A DNA stretch of 43,050 nt from Saprolegnia diclina VS20 (lineage: Eukaryota). The DNA lies in the NCBI RefSeq assembly GCF_000281045.1, contig NW_008246101.1:401438-444487 (forward strand), written 5' to 3'. This document shows, in pieces, positions 11,727-23,690 of the stretch. Under the pieces are notes generated by a model. It ran no database searches and was not told where the DNA came from. It saw only the letters and a program-made list of their open reading frames with translations. The position numbers and the translations under genes are program-made. The stretch's first letter is position 1. The number at the start of each line of letters is the position of its first letter.

Positions 11727-11999
11727 ATGCAAGCGTTGGCCCGTCGCGTGACCCCTCGCCTCGTCCAGGGCGCCCAGCGCCGCCACGGCGGCTCGCTCAA
11801 CAAGAACAAGCACATCGAGGTCTGGAACGGCGTGCGCGAGAACTGCGACCGCGAGTTCGTCTTCAACGGCGCCAACATGGGCAAGTTTGTGTTTGGCACG
11901 CTCGGCCCGTTCACGCTGCTCTACTTCCTCATCAAGGACGAACAGATTGCGCGCGATGAGCTTGAAGGCAAGCCCCACAACCCGCACCGGTACTTGTAA
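11727..11999 (+). CDS. NDUFB4: NADH:ubiquinone oxidoreductase B15 subunit (plant-type NDUFB4)
   Basis: NKNKHIEVWNGVREN...F...TM...D..EG.PH...L resembles plant B15 (KNKFIEDW..AREN...GRPH.KFL). Confidence 0.8.
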   Translation: MQALARRVTPRLVQGAQRRHGGSLNKNKHIEVWNGVRENCDREFVFNGANMGKFVFGTLGPFTLLYFLIKDEQIARDELEGKPHNPHRYL

Positions 12000-12095
12000 T
12001 AAGCGTTGGCATCTTGGCTGCCACGCATGGAATCGTATCATCCCCTTTGCAAGTCGACAACATGTTGCTACATAAAAGGAGTATACTAGTCGGGT

Positions 12096-13753
12096 TTACA
12101 ATAGCTTGAGCGGTCGCCGCGGCGAGAGAAGCTTGAGCGGCGTCGCCGCCGCCTCGCGCGGGCGCCGCTCGAGAAGGAGCTCGTCCGGGATCTGCGGCAC
12201 GTAGTCGGGCGCGCGCGTCTCGATCCAGTTGCGCAACGTCCAATAATGCGACTTGTCGGGCAGCGCGATCGCCGCCGAGAGCGCCGCCGTCCAGTCGGCC
12301 ACCGCCACGAACCGGTTGGTCTCAAAGAGCACGAGCGAGTAGTGCACGGCCTGGTCGTACATGCGCTTCTCGAGAAAGTGCGCAACGAGCGGCCGATAGC
12401 AGCTCGTCGTCCGGTCCATGAGGTGCTTCTTCTCATCGAGAAGCTCGAGTGCATCATCGATCGCACCGGTCGCAATGAGGAGCTGGACCTTGAGCTTGTA
12501 GAGCATGCCTGCAGCTGGCCACTCGGTCGTGCCCTAATGCACAGAGATGTCGTTCGCCATCAAAGCAAAAGTCAACCTCCTACCTTGTCGCAGAGCGCGA
12601 TCGCCTTGTCGTACTCGCCAAGGTGCAAGTAGGCCGTGACGGCCCCCGAGATGGCGTACGTGTTCAAGTTGGCGCCTTGGGCGAGCACGTGGTTGTAGAT
12701 TTCAATGCTGCGCTCGGGCGCGCCCTGCTTGGTGTACGCCATGAGCACCGCGCCAATGGCAAAGCCCGTGAGCTGCAAGTTTTGGCTCACGAGCTTGTGG
12801 TGAATGTGCACGACGAGTTCCCAGCGCTTGGCCCGCGCGCACGACTGGATCATCGAGAGGTACGACTGGCTGTAGAGCTCGACGCCGGTCGTTGTCGCCT
12901 CGTCCAAGATGGCGTAAAAGCCGTCCCACTGCTTGCAGTTGATGGCGCAGAGAAGGAACGCCGTGTACGTCGACGTACTTTTCGGGATCGTTTCGTCCGT
13001 CATCTGCTGCCAAATGTCGGTCGCCGTCTTGTAGTCTTCGTGCTTGCCGCACGAGTGCAGCACAATGTTGCAAGCAATACTGATCGAGTCGAACGTGAGC
13101 TTGTCGCAATCGTTGAAGAGGTCGTCAAAGAGGTTCAGTGTCTACGATACGAGATGAGCGATGGGCGCCAGGTCCTGTAGAGAGAGTACCATGTCGTGGT
13201 ACTCGGCCTTGCACGCGGCCGAGAGCGCGCGCGAGTACGTGACGAAGCTCGGGCGGTAGCCATCGCGGCGCATGACGTCAAACACTTGGAGCGCCTCGTC
13301 GTAGCGCTGATGCGCGTAGCAGGACGCAATGACTTGCGAGTAGGCCGAGATGTGCGGCTTGGCGCCGTTGTTGCGCGCAAACTGGAGCACCTCGATGGCT
13401 TCGTGGTAGTAGTTGCGCACCGAGAGGAGCGCAATGAGCTGCGCCATGTGCTCGTGGTCCACACGGTTCTGCGCGCCCATCGAAGCGTTGATCTTCTCCG
13501 TGGCCCAGTCGGCCACACGCCGATTGTACTTATGGCGGCCGTTGCTCTGGTTGTACTCGGCGCCATCGAATGGAAAATCAAACACGCACGAGTTGAGCAC
13601 CGGGTGGTCCGGGAACTCGTCCGCGATGCACGCCGACGACGACTTGAAGCGCGTCGTCCACGGCGCCGGCAGCGACGCGGCCGTCGGAAGGCGGCCGCCG
13701 AGGCCACCGACCGCGGTCCATCGCATCGTTCGCTTCGAGACGTAGCGCAGCAT
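12096..13753 (-). CDS. Pentatricopeptide repeat (PPR) protein, probably mitochondrial
   Basis: Repeats such as AYSQVIASCYAHQRYDEALQVFDVMRRDGYRPSFV and SYLSMIQSCARAKRWELV; Arg-rich, acid-free N-terminus; introns near 13189-13142 and ~12582-12510. Confidence 0.85.
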
Positions 13754-14653
13754 CGTACTTGGAGCCGACGACAAGCTATGAGGTCCACCGTTTGCAATTG
13801 AGGCTGGCGTATCCGGATTCGAATGCTGCCTCACCTTGTGATTTATTAAATTGTATTCCACATCGTTTTTTAACACCGCCAAGTCGCCCTCTGTACAGAC
13901 AATTTAAAAAAAGAACAATCATTTTTATTCGAGTGGCCAGCCAGGAATCCGGATACGAAGCCCAAATCCGCGCGCCATGAACCTTGACGAACGCGATGGC
14001 CAAGGCGACGACGTCGACGAGGTCGATGTAGGGCCAAGCGTCGTCGGCCATCAGGTGAAAAGAGCGCCGCCGTGAGCGCAGTAGTTGCAAGGTTGCATGT
14101 TAAATGAGTGGCAAGTCGCTGCTGCCAAGCCATGCACCTCGTCGAGCTGCGAAATTCCAGAACTTAGTCTGCCAGATCCTACCGGCTACAAGTCGATCGA
14201 GGGATGGGCGCCGGCATGAGTACACGCTCCTGCACTGTGTTGTAGCTGCTTATCGGATATCTCGGGCGCGGAGCTCCTTGGACGTCCATCGAAGCGGAGC
14301 CTCGAGGGCGACAAATGTACTAGTAGCCGCGAGCTGCCAGGAAGCGCGATTACGCTATCCTCGCTTCGCCGTCATGGGAGATTGCTACATGGCGACTGGG
14401 TGTGCGCCATGGCTCGCCACAGTCGTCGCTTCCGACGTACACCTGCGGCCTTTTGGCTGGAGGTAATCGTGCCATCGAGTTGGCTACGTGTTTCGTTGCA
14501 TCCTGTGCCTGTTCTGATGGGCTTGGCTTATTCCGGCGTGACCTCTTTGGCAACACTCGTTGGAGGCGGACGCGTCCCGGAAGTGACGGCGGAGGACACT
14601 GGTTTCCAGAGTCGATGTACTTTTAATAGGGTATAGTTATATGCTGATCACCC

Positions 14654-15649
14654 CTAAAGTCCTTGCTCGGGCTTGGTTTGGCTGATCATATAAAATAGAA
14701 ACACGAGGAGGCAGATGAGGAAGAGGATCAAGAGCACGAGCCAATTGTTGCACTGGACCGAGTCGTGGCCGCCCGTCATCTCTTCACGGTACTTTTGTGC
14801 CCAGTTGGGCACGATCTTGAGGTCCGGCCGAAGCTCGTACAGCTCTTCCTTCTCCTTGGGCGAGAGCCGCCGGATGACGCCCGTCTTGGGCTTGTTCGCA
14901 CGCTTTGGAGGCCGAGTCATTGTCGTCTGATCGTCCGTGATAGTAATCTTCACCTCGTGGTCCTCGACGAGCGCGTCTTCGACCGTCGACGTATCGCGCC
15001 ACATGATGCGCTTTTTCTGCTTTGGTGGGATCATCGAGCCAGCGTGGTCGTGACCGTAGGCCGAGATCTTACGCAGCGCCGATGGCGTCGACGGACGGCT
15101 CTTGAAGACGTCACCACCGTTGGACACGGGGCTCAGCTGCATGCCATCGCCGTCCGTGTTGTCGCTCTCGCCGACCATTTGGGCGTCCGCGGACGCTTGC
15201 TTCTCGTCGAGGAGCGAGTACCGATTCCGGGCGCCCACGATACGTTTGACAGCCGTCAAGAGCGTCGACGACACGTCAGTCGCCACTGAGCTGCTCGGCG
15301 GATGTGCAGCGACCTCTTGCGCCATTTCGCGGAGCTCCAGCTCGAGCGACCGGGCACGGCGCACCGCGACCTCAATCGAGTGGCGCGAGACCTCCGGCGA
15401 GAAGAGCGTCGGATCTACATAGTCTTGGTCGTCGTCGATTGTCATTGTCTTCTCGTCGTCGTCGTTCAAGTCGATGGCCTTGAGCGCCGGCTTCTTCATG
15501 AGCTGGCTGTACTCAAGGATCGGGATCGCAATACCCTGCGGCAGCTCCGACTCGGAGGTGCGCGCGCCCGGCGGGATGCTGGCTTGGCCTTGCGGCGACT
15601 CGTGCGGCTCGCTCGTCGTCGACTCGCTCGGCTCCTGGTGCGTTCCCAT
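14654..15649 (-). CDS. Hypothetical tail-anchored membrane protein
   Basis: 331-aa ORF with coding bias and a single C-terminal hydrophobic helix (WLVLLILFLICLLVFLFYMI). Confidence 0.75.
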   Translation of the reverse strand: MGTHQEPSESTTSEPHESPQGQASIPPGARTSESELPQGIAIPILEYSQLMKKPALKAIDLNDDDEKTMTIDDDQDYVDPTLFSPEVSRHSIEVAVRRARSLELELREMAQEVAAHPPSSSVATDVSSTLLTAVKRIVGARNRYSLLDEKQASADAQMVGESDNTDGDGMQLSPVSNGGDVFKSRPSTPSALRKISAYGHDHAGSMIPPKQKKRIMWRDTSTVEDALVEDHEVKITITDDQTTMTRPPKRANKPKTGVIRRLSPKEKEELYELRPDLKIVPNWAQKYREEMTGGHDSVQCNNWLVLLILFLICLLVFLFYMISQTKPEQGL

Positions 15650-17032
15650 CGGATGCGTGTAGCAGCAGGGGCGTCGTCGACACTGGCCAAAATCGGAAAT
15701 CGCGCAGGCTGTTGGGTGGCAATTTATTCCACAAAATTTAATTCGGCAGTTTTAAAGCGCATACGGCAGCTCGCATAAAAACACGGTTTTTATTCGCACC
15801 GCCGCAATTTCGATTTAATGGTTTGCTGCTTGCAGCTCGAGCGCGATCGACCAATCACAGCGCGCGGAGCTGGATACCTTCGGCAACGACGATCGACTGT
15901 CGCGTACCATCAAGCACCGCAGCGACAAAATGCTGAGCGGCCATCATCAGCTTACGCTTCATCTCAAGGCGACGCCAGGGCCGCGACGCTCCGACCAGTT
16001 CGTTCTTGGCGTGATCAGATAGAAACAGCTAGGTTCAAGTGCCACGGTGGCGCCACGAGATTCCGAAAGCGAGAAAGGCCGGCGAGATCCGTGCACAGAA
16101 GACAAACGAAACTGCAAAATGCAGTTTGTTCCTGTGCGCACTTGGATCGGCTTGCTTGTGTGAAGGGGAGATTGACGCATCCAGGAACACGCGGCAACAA
16201 TGGCTTGGTCAGCTCTGTTACACCAAGTGCAACAAATACTTCACCGGAATGAACCTCACCGCGACACACATTGTGCAGCGGAGGCGTATCGTTCAGGACC
16301 GAGCTCGTCGCTAGCACTCTACAGCGAGCCGACAAGACCACGTTCATGTAACAAGAGGTCCCGAAATACGATGCAAGGCAGGAGCCTGCGTACGACCTCG
16401 CGAGCTAAGACTCGGCGAGATGGAACTCTCAGAGCGCAGCTCACTCCCAACGACCAAGTGCTGGTGCCAACTCCCACACAAAGGCGTAGCGCTACGTATG
16501 CGAAGTCTTCGGTTTGGTTTTCGCTAATTTAGTTTTTAACGCGAACACGTTTGATTGATTGAGTAACTACTTCGCCGGTGTTGGCGTCGAAGGTCGTCAT
16601 CACCAACTTTCACCAAGGACATAATCGAGCCTTTCAATCGCGATCGTTTTCGGCTTTGCTCGCTTCAATCACAGGACGCAGAGGGTTATCTCGCATCATA
16701 CACGAGAGAAGGCCAATAGTGTGGTCGGGGCAATGTGGCAGCCATCAAGACGCATGGAGAAGGCACCGGAAAACCGCGCCAAAAGATCGGAAAATGTCAA
16801 AGGGAGGGTCCGCGATGGACCTGAATTTGTCGCTGTCGAAGGATACGTCGCTTCGTACGTATGCCGGTGGGCTCTCGTATCTTGTTGTTTGTATAGCATT
16901 TTGAACGGCCACATATAAAATGACGTATTGTGAACGTACAATGTACGTACGTCGATTGTACGTCGAATGTACGAAGGCGATGAGTGGTGGAGCTGGTGTA
17001 AGTCAGTCCGAACAAATTATCCCCCTTGGAAG

Positions 17033-17257
17033 ATGGTCGCCGCTAAAGCCGCCCGCTGGCACAAGATTGGTTACGGTAACTTCATCGTCCACGAGTTGAA
17101 GCGCCCGTACTTCCGCCCGTTCGTCTACGGTGGCCTCGCGTCGCTCTTCATCTGCGGCTACCTCCCCACCAAGGGCGCGACCGACGAAGACAAGGCCAAG
17201 TCCGACTACTGGAAGCGCGTGAACGGCAAGTTCGACTACCTCGCCGAGCACCACTAA
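17033..17257 (+). CDS. Mitochondrial ATP synthase small (plant 6-kDa-like) subunit
   Basis: FIVHELKRPYFRPFVYG-TM-TDEDKAKSDY matches the plant 6-kDa pattern (FFKREW.R.WPF..G-TM-TEED.KNSKF); highly biased codons. Confidence 0.65.
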   Translation: MVAAKAARWHKIGYGNFIVHELKRPYFRPFVYGGLASLFICGYLPTKGATDEDKAKSDYWKRVNGKFDYLAEHH

Positions 17258-17352
17258 GCGCTAGACCAGCCACGATATACTGCTGACGAGGCGCATAAGA
17301 TCTCATGTTGCTGCTTGTATTCTTCGTACGATTATGACTTTTTGAACCCGTC

Positions 17353-18643
17353 TTAGACGACAATCTGCAGTGTGCGGGCGCGGGACGGGCCGTTGTACAC
17401 GGGCGCCGCCACGTTGAGGTGGCCTGGCACGGGCGGCAGCGGTGCTACGACCACAACCGGCGTCGCCCACCGAAACATGCGCCCGCCCGCGAGGTGAAAC
17501 TCGAACGAAATGGCGTACTTGAAGCTCACGAGGTCCGTTTCGATCGACGGCTGGGCGTGGAATGGCACGCCAAAGCGCATCTACACGCAGCCGTGAGCAT
17601 GCTATCCACAGTCTCAACGCATGAGCAGACGTTGGTTTGGAGAAGGTCGGCCGTGACTTCGATGACCGTCTCGAGCGTCGTCGTCGCCACCTTCTTGCCA
17701 GGCTCGAGCGAGTGCTCGCAGAGATGCTCTTCGAGCACGAGCGCGCCCTTGACCGAGTCGCATGCCATGGTGGCGGTCGCAAAGTCAAACGACACGAGCA
17801 GCGTATCTCCAGGAAAGAAGGCCTGCTTGTGCAGAATGACGCGGACCAAGTGGTTCTGGTGCTGCCCGATCGTAAATTGGCTCTGTTGCACGCCGAAGCC
17901 GCGCTCTAGCACCGTTGAAGTCGCCGCATTATCTGTGACGACAAGAAGGACGTACCCACTTCGACGCGGCCGTGCATGAGGCGCGGTTTCATCTCGAACG
18001 GAATCTCGTGGCCATGGCGTACGGCAACGGGCACGATCTTTTTCTCGTGCTCGTCCGCCGTCGGTGAGAGCAGCGCAGCTGGCACGGGCGATCGGCACGG
18101 ACTTTGGAGGCGGAACGCGTACGACGGCGCGTAGATCTCGACCGGCACGTGTAGCGACTGGGCGAGTGCTGTGCCCTTGATCTTGAAAATGAACGTAAGA
18201 ATGTAGAAGGCGCGGGCCGACGTGCCTATTGGTAGATGTCAGTTCGCTCGATCGAGGATCAAATGCGCAGGACCTTTGAACGTCGGGCACATGTCGTTGG
18301 GCAGCCCGACCGCAAAGTGCGTACGCAGGGACTCGTGGACGTCGGTATCAGAGAAGAGAATGCTGGGCTTGCTCTGGTAGATGCACGTGCCCGTTTGACC
18401 CGAGAAACTGCGCACGTCGGGCAGCTCGAGCGATGTGGCCAGGTCGTCGTCCAACTTGGCGAGGGTCACGATGGGCACGGTGAGCAGATCCGCATCAACC
18501 GAGATGTGGCCGTGGAGCTGGACAGCGCCGGCCTCGACGTAGAGGTCCTTGGGCGTGCGGATCTCGAGGCAACCACGTACCGCGCTTCCCGGGTGGAAGT
18601 ACGCGCACGCGAGTGACGCGGTGATCTTCACTTCGTCCTGCAT
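17353..18643 (-). CDS. RGP1: Rgp1-family protein (RAB6/Ypt6 GEF partner), spliced
   Basis: VKITASL...YFHPG...AVQLHG; IYQSKPSILFSD; LP..MCPTFKG; C-terminal PSIETDLVSFKYAISFEF; pieces joined by short introns. Confidence 0.75.
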
Positions 18644-19252
18644 GCCGATTGCTACTAGCCTTGATTGGTCAAAAGTCGATGGATTCAGCGACATTATAGC
18701 CAATCAACGATGGTATCGAGGTTGAACCCGCGAAGATTTTAGCACCCGCGCGTCCCGAGTGCCACGCACGACGCATCGTGGCCCCAGCATTGATTGACCA
18801 TGGGCCCTGATCGAAACATCATTTGCTTCACAGTAGAAATAGGATACTTACTAGCTAATTGCCCCTTCCCTGCCTACCTGGCTGCGGTTGAGGCTTCATG
18901 GCGTCAAGCCCTCTCATGTGCAAGCTCGGCGCGGAGGCTTGCATGGGCAATTGTAGGCAGATGGAAGTGAATCCGGCGGCTTCAGTCTACGACTCAGCGA
19001 GGTTCAAGGACTGCGTACGGAGGCGGCCATGGCAGTGCGAAGAGTCCACACATCGCAGCATGAAGCGGTCCGTGCGAGAGAGGAAGGAAGACGACACGAA
19101 ATACGAGATTGCCCATCATTAACACATTCTCATTGGAATATAACCGTGCAGATCAAAACAAGGCCGGTGGTTGTGGTCGTTCTTCGACTGCAAAAGTAGC
19201 GAAAAGGTGCACGCGCGTTGGCCTGTTCTTGCTCCGTTTTGAGGGGGGCAAT

Positions 19253-19527
19253 TTATCTCAAGCGGCGAGCTTCGCGTTCCCATTCCATCAAGGAGAGGAT
19301 GTCGCCTTCGCGGACCGGGCCCTTGACGTTACGGATCAAGGTACGGGCTTCCTTCGTGCCGAAGTCATCGATGAACTCGACGCGGACCTGGGTGACGTTG
19401 CCGGTGTTACCGGTGCGGCCCAAAACGCGGATGACCTTGGCGTGCTTGACGGGTTGATCCTATTCGCGCATTCTTAGTGCCCTCTCTTGCCACTCGCGGG
19501 ATTCGGTCGCCGCGCCTAACGTACCAT
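19253..19527 (-). CDS. RPS28: 40S ribosomal protein S28 (eS28); exon 1 contributes only the ATG
   Basis: ATG 19527-19525, intron 19524-19460 (GTACGT...TAG), exon 2 [32 protein letters not shown]...[30 protein letters not shown]; absent from the ORF track. Confidence 0.97.
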
Positions 19528-19921
19528 ATTTAATGTTGAGTGGGCAGGCGAGAACTCGAATGAAATGAACGGAAATTCCAATACGTAATTTCCCTCCAGT
19601 CATATTGCTGCCAGCGTGCCAGCCAGTCACAATCGAGCTTGCTTGTAATTGGCCAAAATGATGCACTCTTGCAGCCTCTATTGCTGCCGCGATTCACCGT
19701 ATATATTGATATCTTGCAAGACCGCATGTGCAATATGACACAAAAACCACTGCAAGACTGGATTGTATTGAATTTGGCGAGGCAAAAACCCCACCAGTCA
19801 TTTGCCTCTCGATGATTCGTTGAAACTCCCCGGATTTGAGCGCGATCCGCGTCGTCGATTGGCTAAAAGCTTGCATCGGCGCCGTCCGCCGGACGCATAT
19901 TCGTGGTTTTGATACGTCAAG

Positions 19922-20194
19922 ATGGTCTGGAACCGCCTCCGCTTCCCCAACATGGCCGTGACGTACGTCGCGAAGACGGCCAAGACGCGTCTCCCGGAGA
20001 ACCAGCACATCTTCCGCGTTGAGCCGAACTACACCAAGCACGACGTGAAGGAGTACCTCCAGAAGGTCTACCGCCTCCCCGTGACGAACGTGCGCACGAT
20101 GAACTACGAAGGCAAGTTCAAGCGCGCGATGCAGGGCCGCCACGTGTACAAGGAGAAGGACTGGAAGAAGGCGATCGTGACCTTGGCCAAGTAA
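19922..20194 (+). CDS. MRPL23: Mitochondrial ribosomal protein uL23m
   Basis: FRVEPNYTKHDVKEYLQKVYRLPVTNVRTMNYEGKFKR...KDWKKAIVTL. Confidence 0.92.
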   Translation: MVWNRLRFPNMAVTYVAKTAKTRLPENQHIFRVEPNYTKHDVKEYLQKVYRLPVTNVRTMNYEGKFKRAMQGRHVYKEKDWKKAIVTLAK

Positions 20195-20742
20195 TCGAGT
20201 ATGTCGCTCACGATAGCAGGCCGCGGACGATAGACCGGTTTGTAATTTAAACAACAGAACGCTAGGTGGAACCCGTGGCTTGGGCGAATTAACCCGTCCT
20301 GTTCTTGCGCTCTCAGCCATCTTTGCATTCAGGCCAAGGCACGCGCCACGCTACCGCTGCGCTGCACACTGCCAAGAGGTTTTGGATCGGCTATCATCGT
20401 GGAGCTTGAAGCGTCGCCAGTCGCGCCGCCTCCACGCCTCATTCAACAGACCTTTGCTACCGTCATACCATACTGGCGATGCAGCGATGACACGCTGTAG
20501 GTGTCACGACGTCGGATCGTAGGGCCAAAGCAAGCAACGAGCAGCTTGATGGTCGAGCGGGCAATAAGCGGTGGCACAATCAAGCCAAAGCGCACTTAAA
20601 GCAGACAGCAAGGCTAGATCAGGTCAAAATCGTACTTAGTCGGCAAAATGGGCGCACTTGAGAGAAACTTGGGATTTCTGTCCAATCAATTCCCTCGAAA
20701 TCGCGGCCAACTAATCCAATTGCCGAAATTCCACCCGCCATC

Positions 20743-22879
20743 ATGAGCACGCCGAATTCTGTCGTCTCGGACCCGCGCTTCAGCAAAGTGCACAACGATC
20801 CGGTACAACTTCGTTCCTTGCGCGTCTACTAACTAACTAACTACCATCGTGCTCGCAGCGCTTTGCCCGCAACTCGAAGAAGCGCAACAAGGTCCAGCTC
20901 GACAAGCGCTTCCAGGCTGTCTTGACCGACAAGAAGTTTCAGAGCGTCCAAGGTACACGGCCTGTGACGCGCTTCAGATCTTATATGGCGTCTAGGCAAG
21001 TACGACAAGTATGGTCGCCGCATTGAGGAGCAAGAGAACGAGATGAAAAAGTACTACAACCTCGAAGACGAGGACGAGGACAAGGCGGACGACGATGACA
21101 ACGACGACGATGACAACGACGGCAAGACCGACAAGCCCATGACGGCGGCCGAGAAGCGCATTGCGTACCTGAACAAGATGGCGCGCGGCGAGCTCAGCGA
21201 CGAAGCCGCCGGGTCGAGCGACTCGAGCGACAGCGACGACGAGGACGCCGAGGTCGACGACGAAGCGACGCATGAGCCTGCTGAGGATATTCCCATGGGC
21301 GATGAGACCAAGCGGTTTGCGATCATGAACTGCGATTGGTCTCGCATGCGTGCGGTGGACCTCTACGCGCTCTTCGAGTCGTTCGTGCCTGCGGGCGGCG
21401 TCGTGCACGACGTGACGATCTACCCGTCCGAGTTTGGCTTGCGACAGATGGTACAGCCTAGTCTGCGCATTCAAGCTCATCGATTTGTAGGCCGAGGATG
21501 AAAAGTACGGTCCCCGCGGTCTCTGGGACGATGAGAAGAAGACGGAAGATGGCGATGACGACAGCGAAGACGACAGCGAAGTCGACGAGGATGATCCACT
21601 CGGCATGAAACAGTCGGCGTCGAATGAAGAAGAGTACGTCTTCTCCGTCGCCACTTCTGAAACTCAAATGGCGACAATGTCTAGATTTGACAAGGAAAAG
21701 CTCCGCAACTTTGAGCTTCAGAAACTCAAGTACTATTACGGTGTCGCGAGTTTCAACACGGTCGCCGCGGCGAGCGCTGTCTTCGACGCGTGCGACGGCC
21801 TCGAGTACGAGACGTCGGCCAACACGCTCGACTTGCGCTTCGTGCCGGACGATGTCACCTTTGCACATGCACCGAAAGAGAAGGCGACGTCCGTACCCGA
21901 CTCGTATACGCCGGCGATCTTTGCGACGCTCGCGCTGCAAAACACGGAGCTCGAGCTGACGTGGGAAGCCGACGACGGCGAGCGCAACGAGCGCCTCACG
22001 CGCATTGCCAACTGGAAGGACATGCACGACGACGATTTCGCCCAGTATGTGGCGTCCGAAGGGTCGTCGTCCGAAGATGACGACGACGACAAGGCGTCGA
22101 GCGCGGCCAAGGTCGAGAAGCTCAAGCAAAAGTACCGCGCGGCGCTGCTCGGCGACATGGCCAACGACGCCAACGACGGCGACGACTCTGGCTTCAACGA
22201 CGACTTTTTCGGGAAAGATGAAGCTGGGGACGGCGGTATGGAGATGACGTTCACGCCGGGCGCTGCGATCCTCGAAGCGAAGAAGCAAAAGGAGCTCGAA
22301 GCGAACGAGACGCCGTTTGAAAAGTACCAGCGGGAGAAGAAGCTCGAGAAGAACGAGAAGAAGCGCAACAAGAAGCAGGAAGCCAAGGCCGCGCACGCGG
22401 CGCAGCTTGAAGCACTCAAGCAGGCCAAGAAGGGCAAGCACGCGGCGGCCAAGAAGGCCGACGACGTCGTTGGCAGCGACGACGATGAGCGGGACTTTGA
22501 CATGAAGGTCATTACCAAGGTCGACAAGCACAAGGAAAAGAAGGGCAAGCGCCACAAGAAAGAGCTGGCCAAGCTCGAGAAGGCCGCGGGCCGCCAAGCG
22601 GACTTCACGTTCAACGCTGCCGATGATCGTTTCGGCCAGCTGGTCAACAACAACCCGGATTTTAGCTTGGACCCGACCGACGCGCGCTTCAAGCGCACGG
22701 AAGCCACCGAAGCGATCTTTGAGGCGCGCCGCAAGAAGCAGTCGCAGCCGACGACGGCCACGCCGACGTCGACGACCGAGGCGAGCAGCGGTGGCAAGGG
22801 CGAACTCAAGTCGCTCGTGGACTCGCTCAAGCGCAAGGCCCAAGCACCGCCCAAACATGCCAAGAAGCAGCGCTTTTAA
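20743..22879 (+). CDS. ESF1: Pre-rRNA processing protein ESF1 (NUC153 domain)
   Basis: DPRFSKVHNDPRF...LDKRF; ETKRFAIMNCDWSRMRAVDL..LF.SF; VTIYPSEFG; YETSANTLDLRFVPDD; DDRF...FSLDPTDARFKRT. Introns 20803-20858, 20953-20995, 21451-21490, probably 21634-21684. Confidence 0.95.
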
Positions 22880-23690
22880 ATGACCGTTCGTACTAACTCC
22901 TAGAAACCTATACTACTACTCCTACTACGTTTATGCAGTCGCTTCCGCTGCTGTCGCTTTATGCACTGACTTTGTGGAGGACATTGCCCTTCCATGCAAG
23001 GGAAACTGGCTCGTTGCATAATATGCGCCGGTGATCGTCGGGCAAATGCAGACAAATAAGATCTGCTCCTGCAGCGGGCACGAGTAGAGAGATACATACC
23101 TATACACTCTGCTCAACACCATGCAAGGTACTATACACAGCCACACAGCAAGTGCGTTCACAACGCTTGATCGAGCAGCGTTGCGTCAACGAAGGCGCGC
23201 GATCAACGTTTGCAGCCAGGTGGACGTGCCATTGGCATGACATGACACGCTATTTCAACGACCTTTTTATAGTGTGCTAAGCTGAGCAATCGCGTTCGGG
23301 TGTCTAGACCACGCTGTCGGCGCAGCCTCCATATCGAAGACATTGCAGTCACACATTACAATGGATTGCCGATGGGCGCGCGCGCTCACGATCCATTTGG
23401 TTGCCGCGATCGCTGGCTGCATGGTGACTACATGCACACTATATATGGCACATGTCGGGTCGACAACGCACAGTATATCCGTGTGGACCGGCCCGTCTGT
23501 GATTATCCGGATCCGGATTCCAAAGATTGCATGTTTTTGTTGCGGTTGGCGTGTTTTTCTTGGCAGGGGTGGGGTTGTCGGTGCGTGTGTGCGCCATTTG
23601 ACTTGAAGTAAGTATGGTATACAAAGGGTGGCGGGCGTTAGCTGGCCGTCCGAAGCTGCTAGTGAAGAAATTTCCCCCAAGTCGACCATC

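Noticed and set aside
13776..14090. Small ORF MADDAWPYIDLVDVV...
   Set aside because: Coding-like bias lasts only ~35 codons, then it runs through the PPR promoter; unsupported
15818..16941. Several short ORFs in the 1.4-kb intergenic region
   Set aside because: No recognisable domain or coding bias
21458..22863. Long antisense ORFs opposite ESF1 (and similar ones opposite other genes)
   Set aside because: Shadow ORFs caused by high GC3 codon usage
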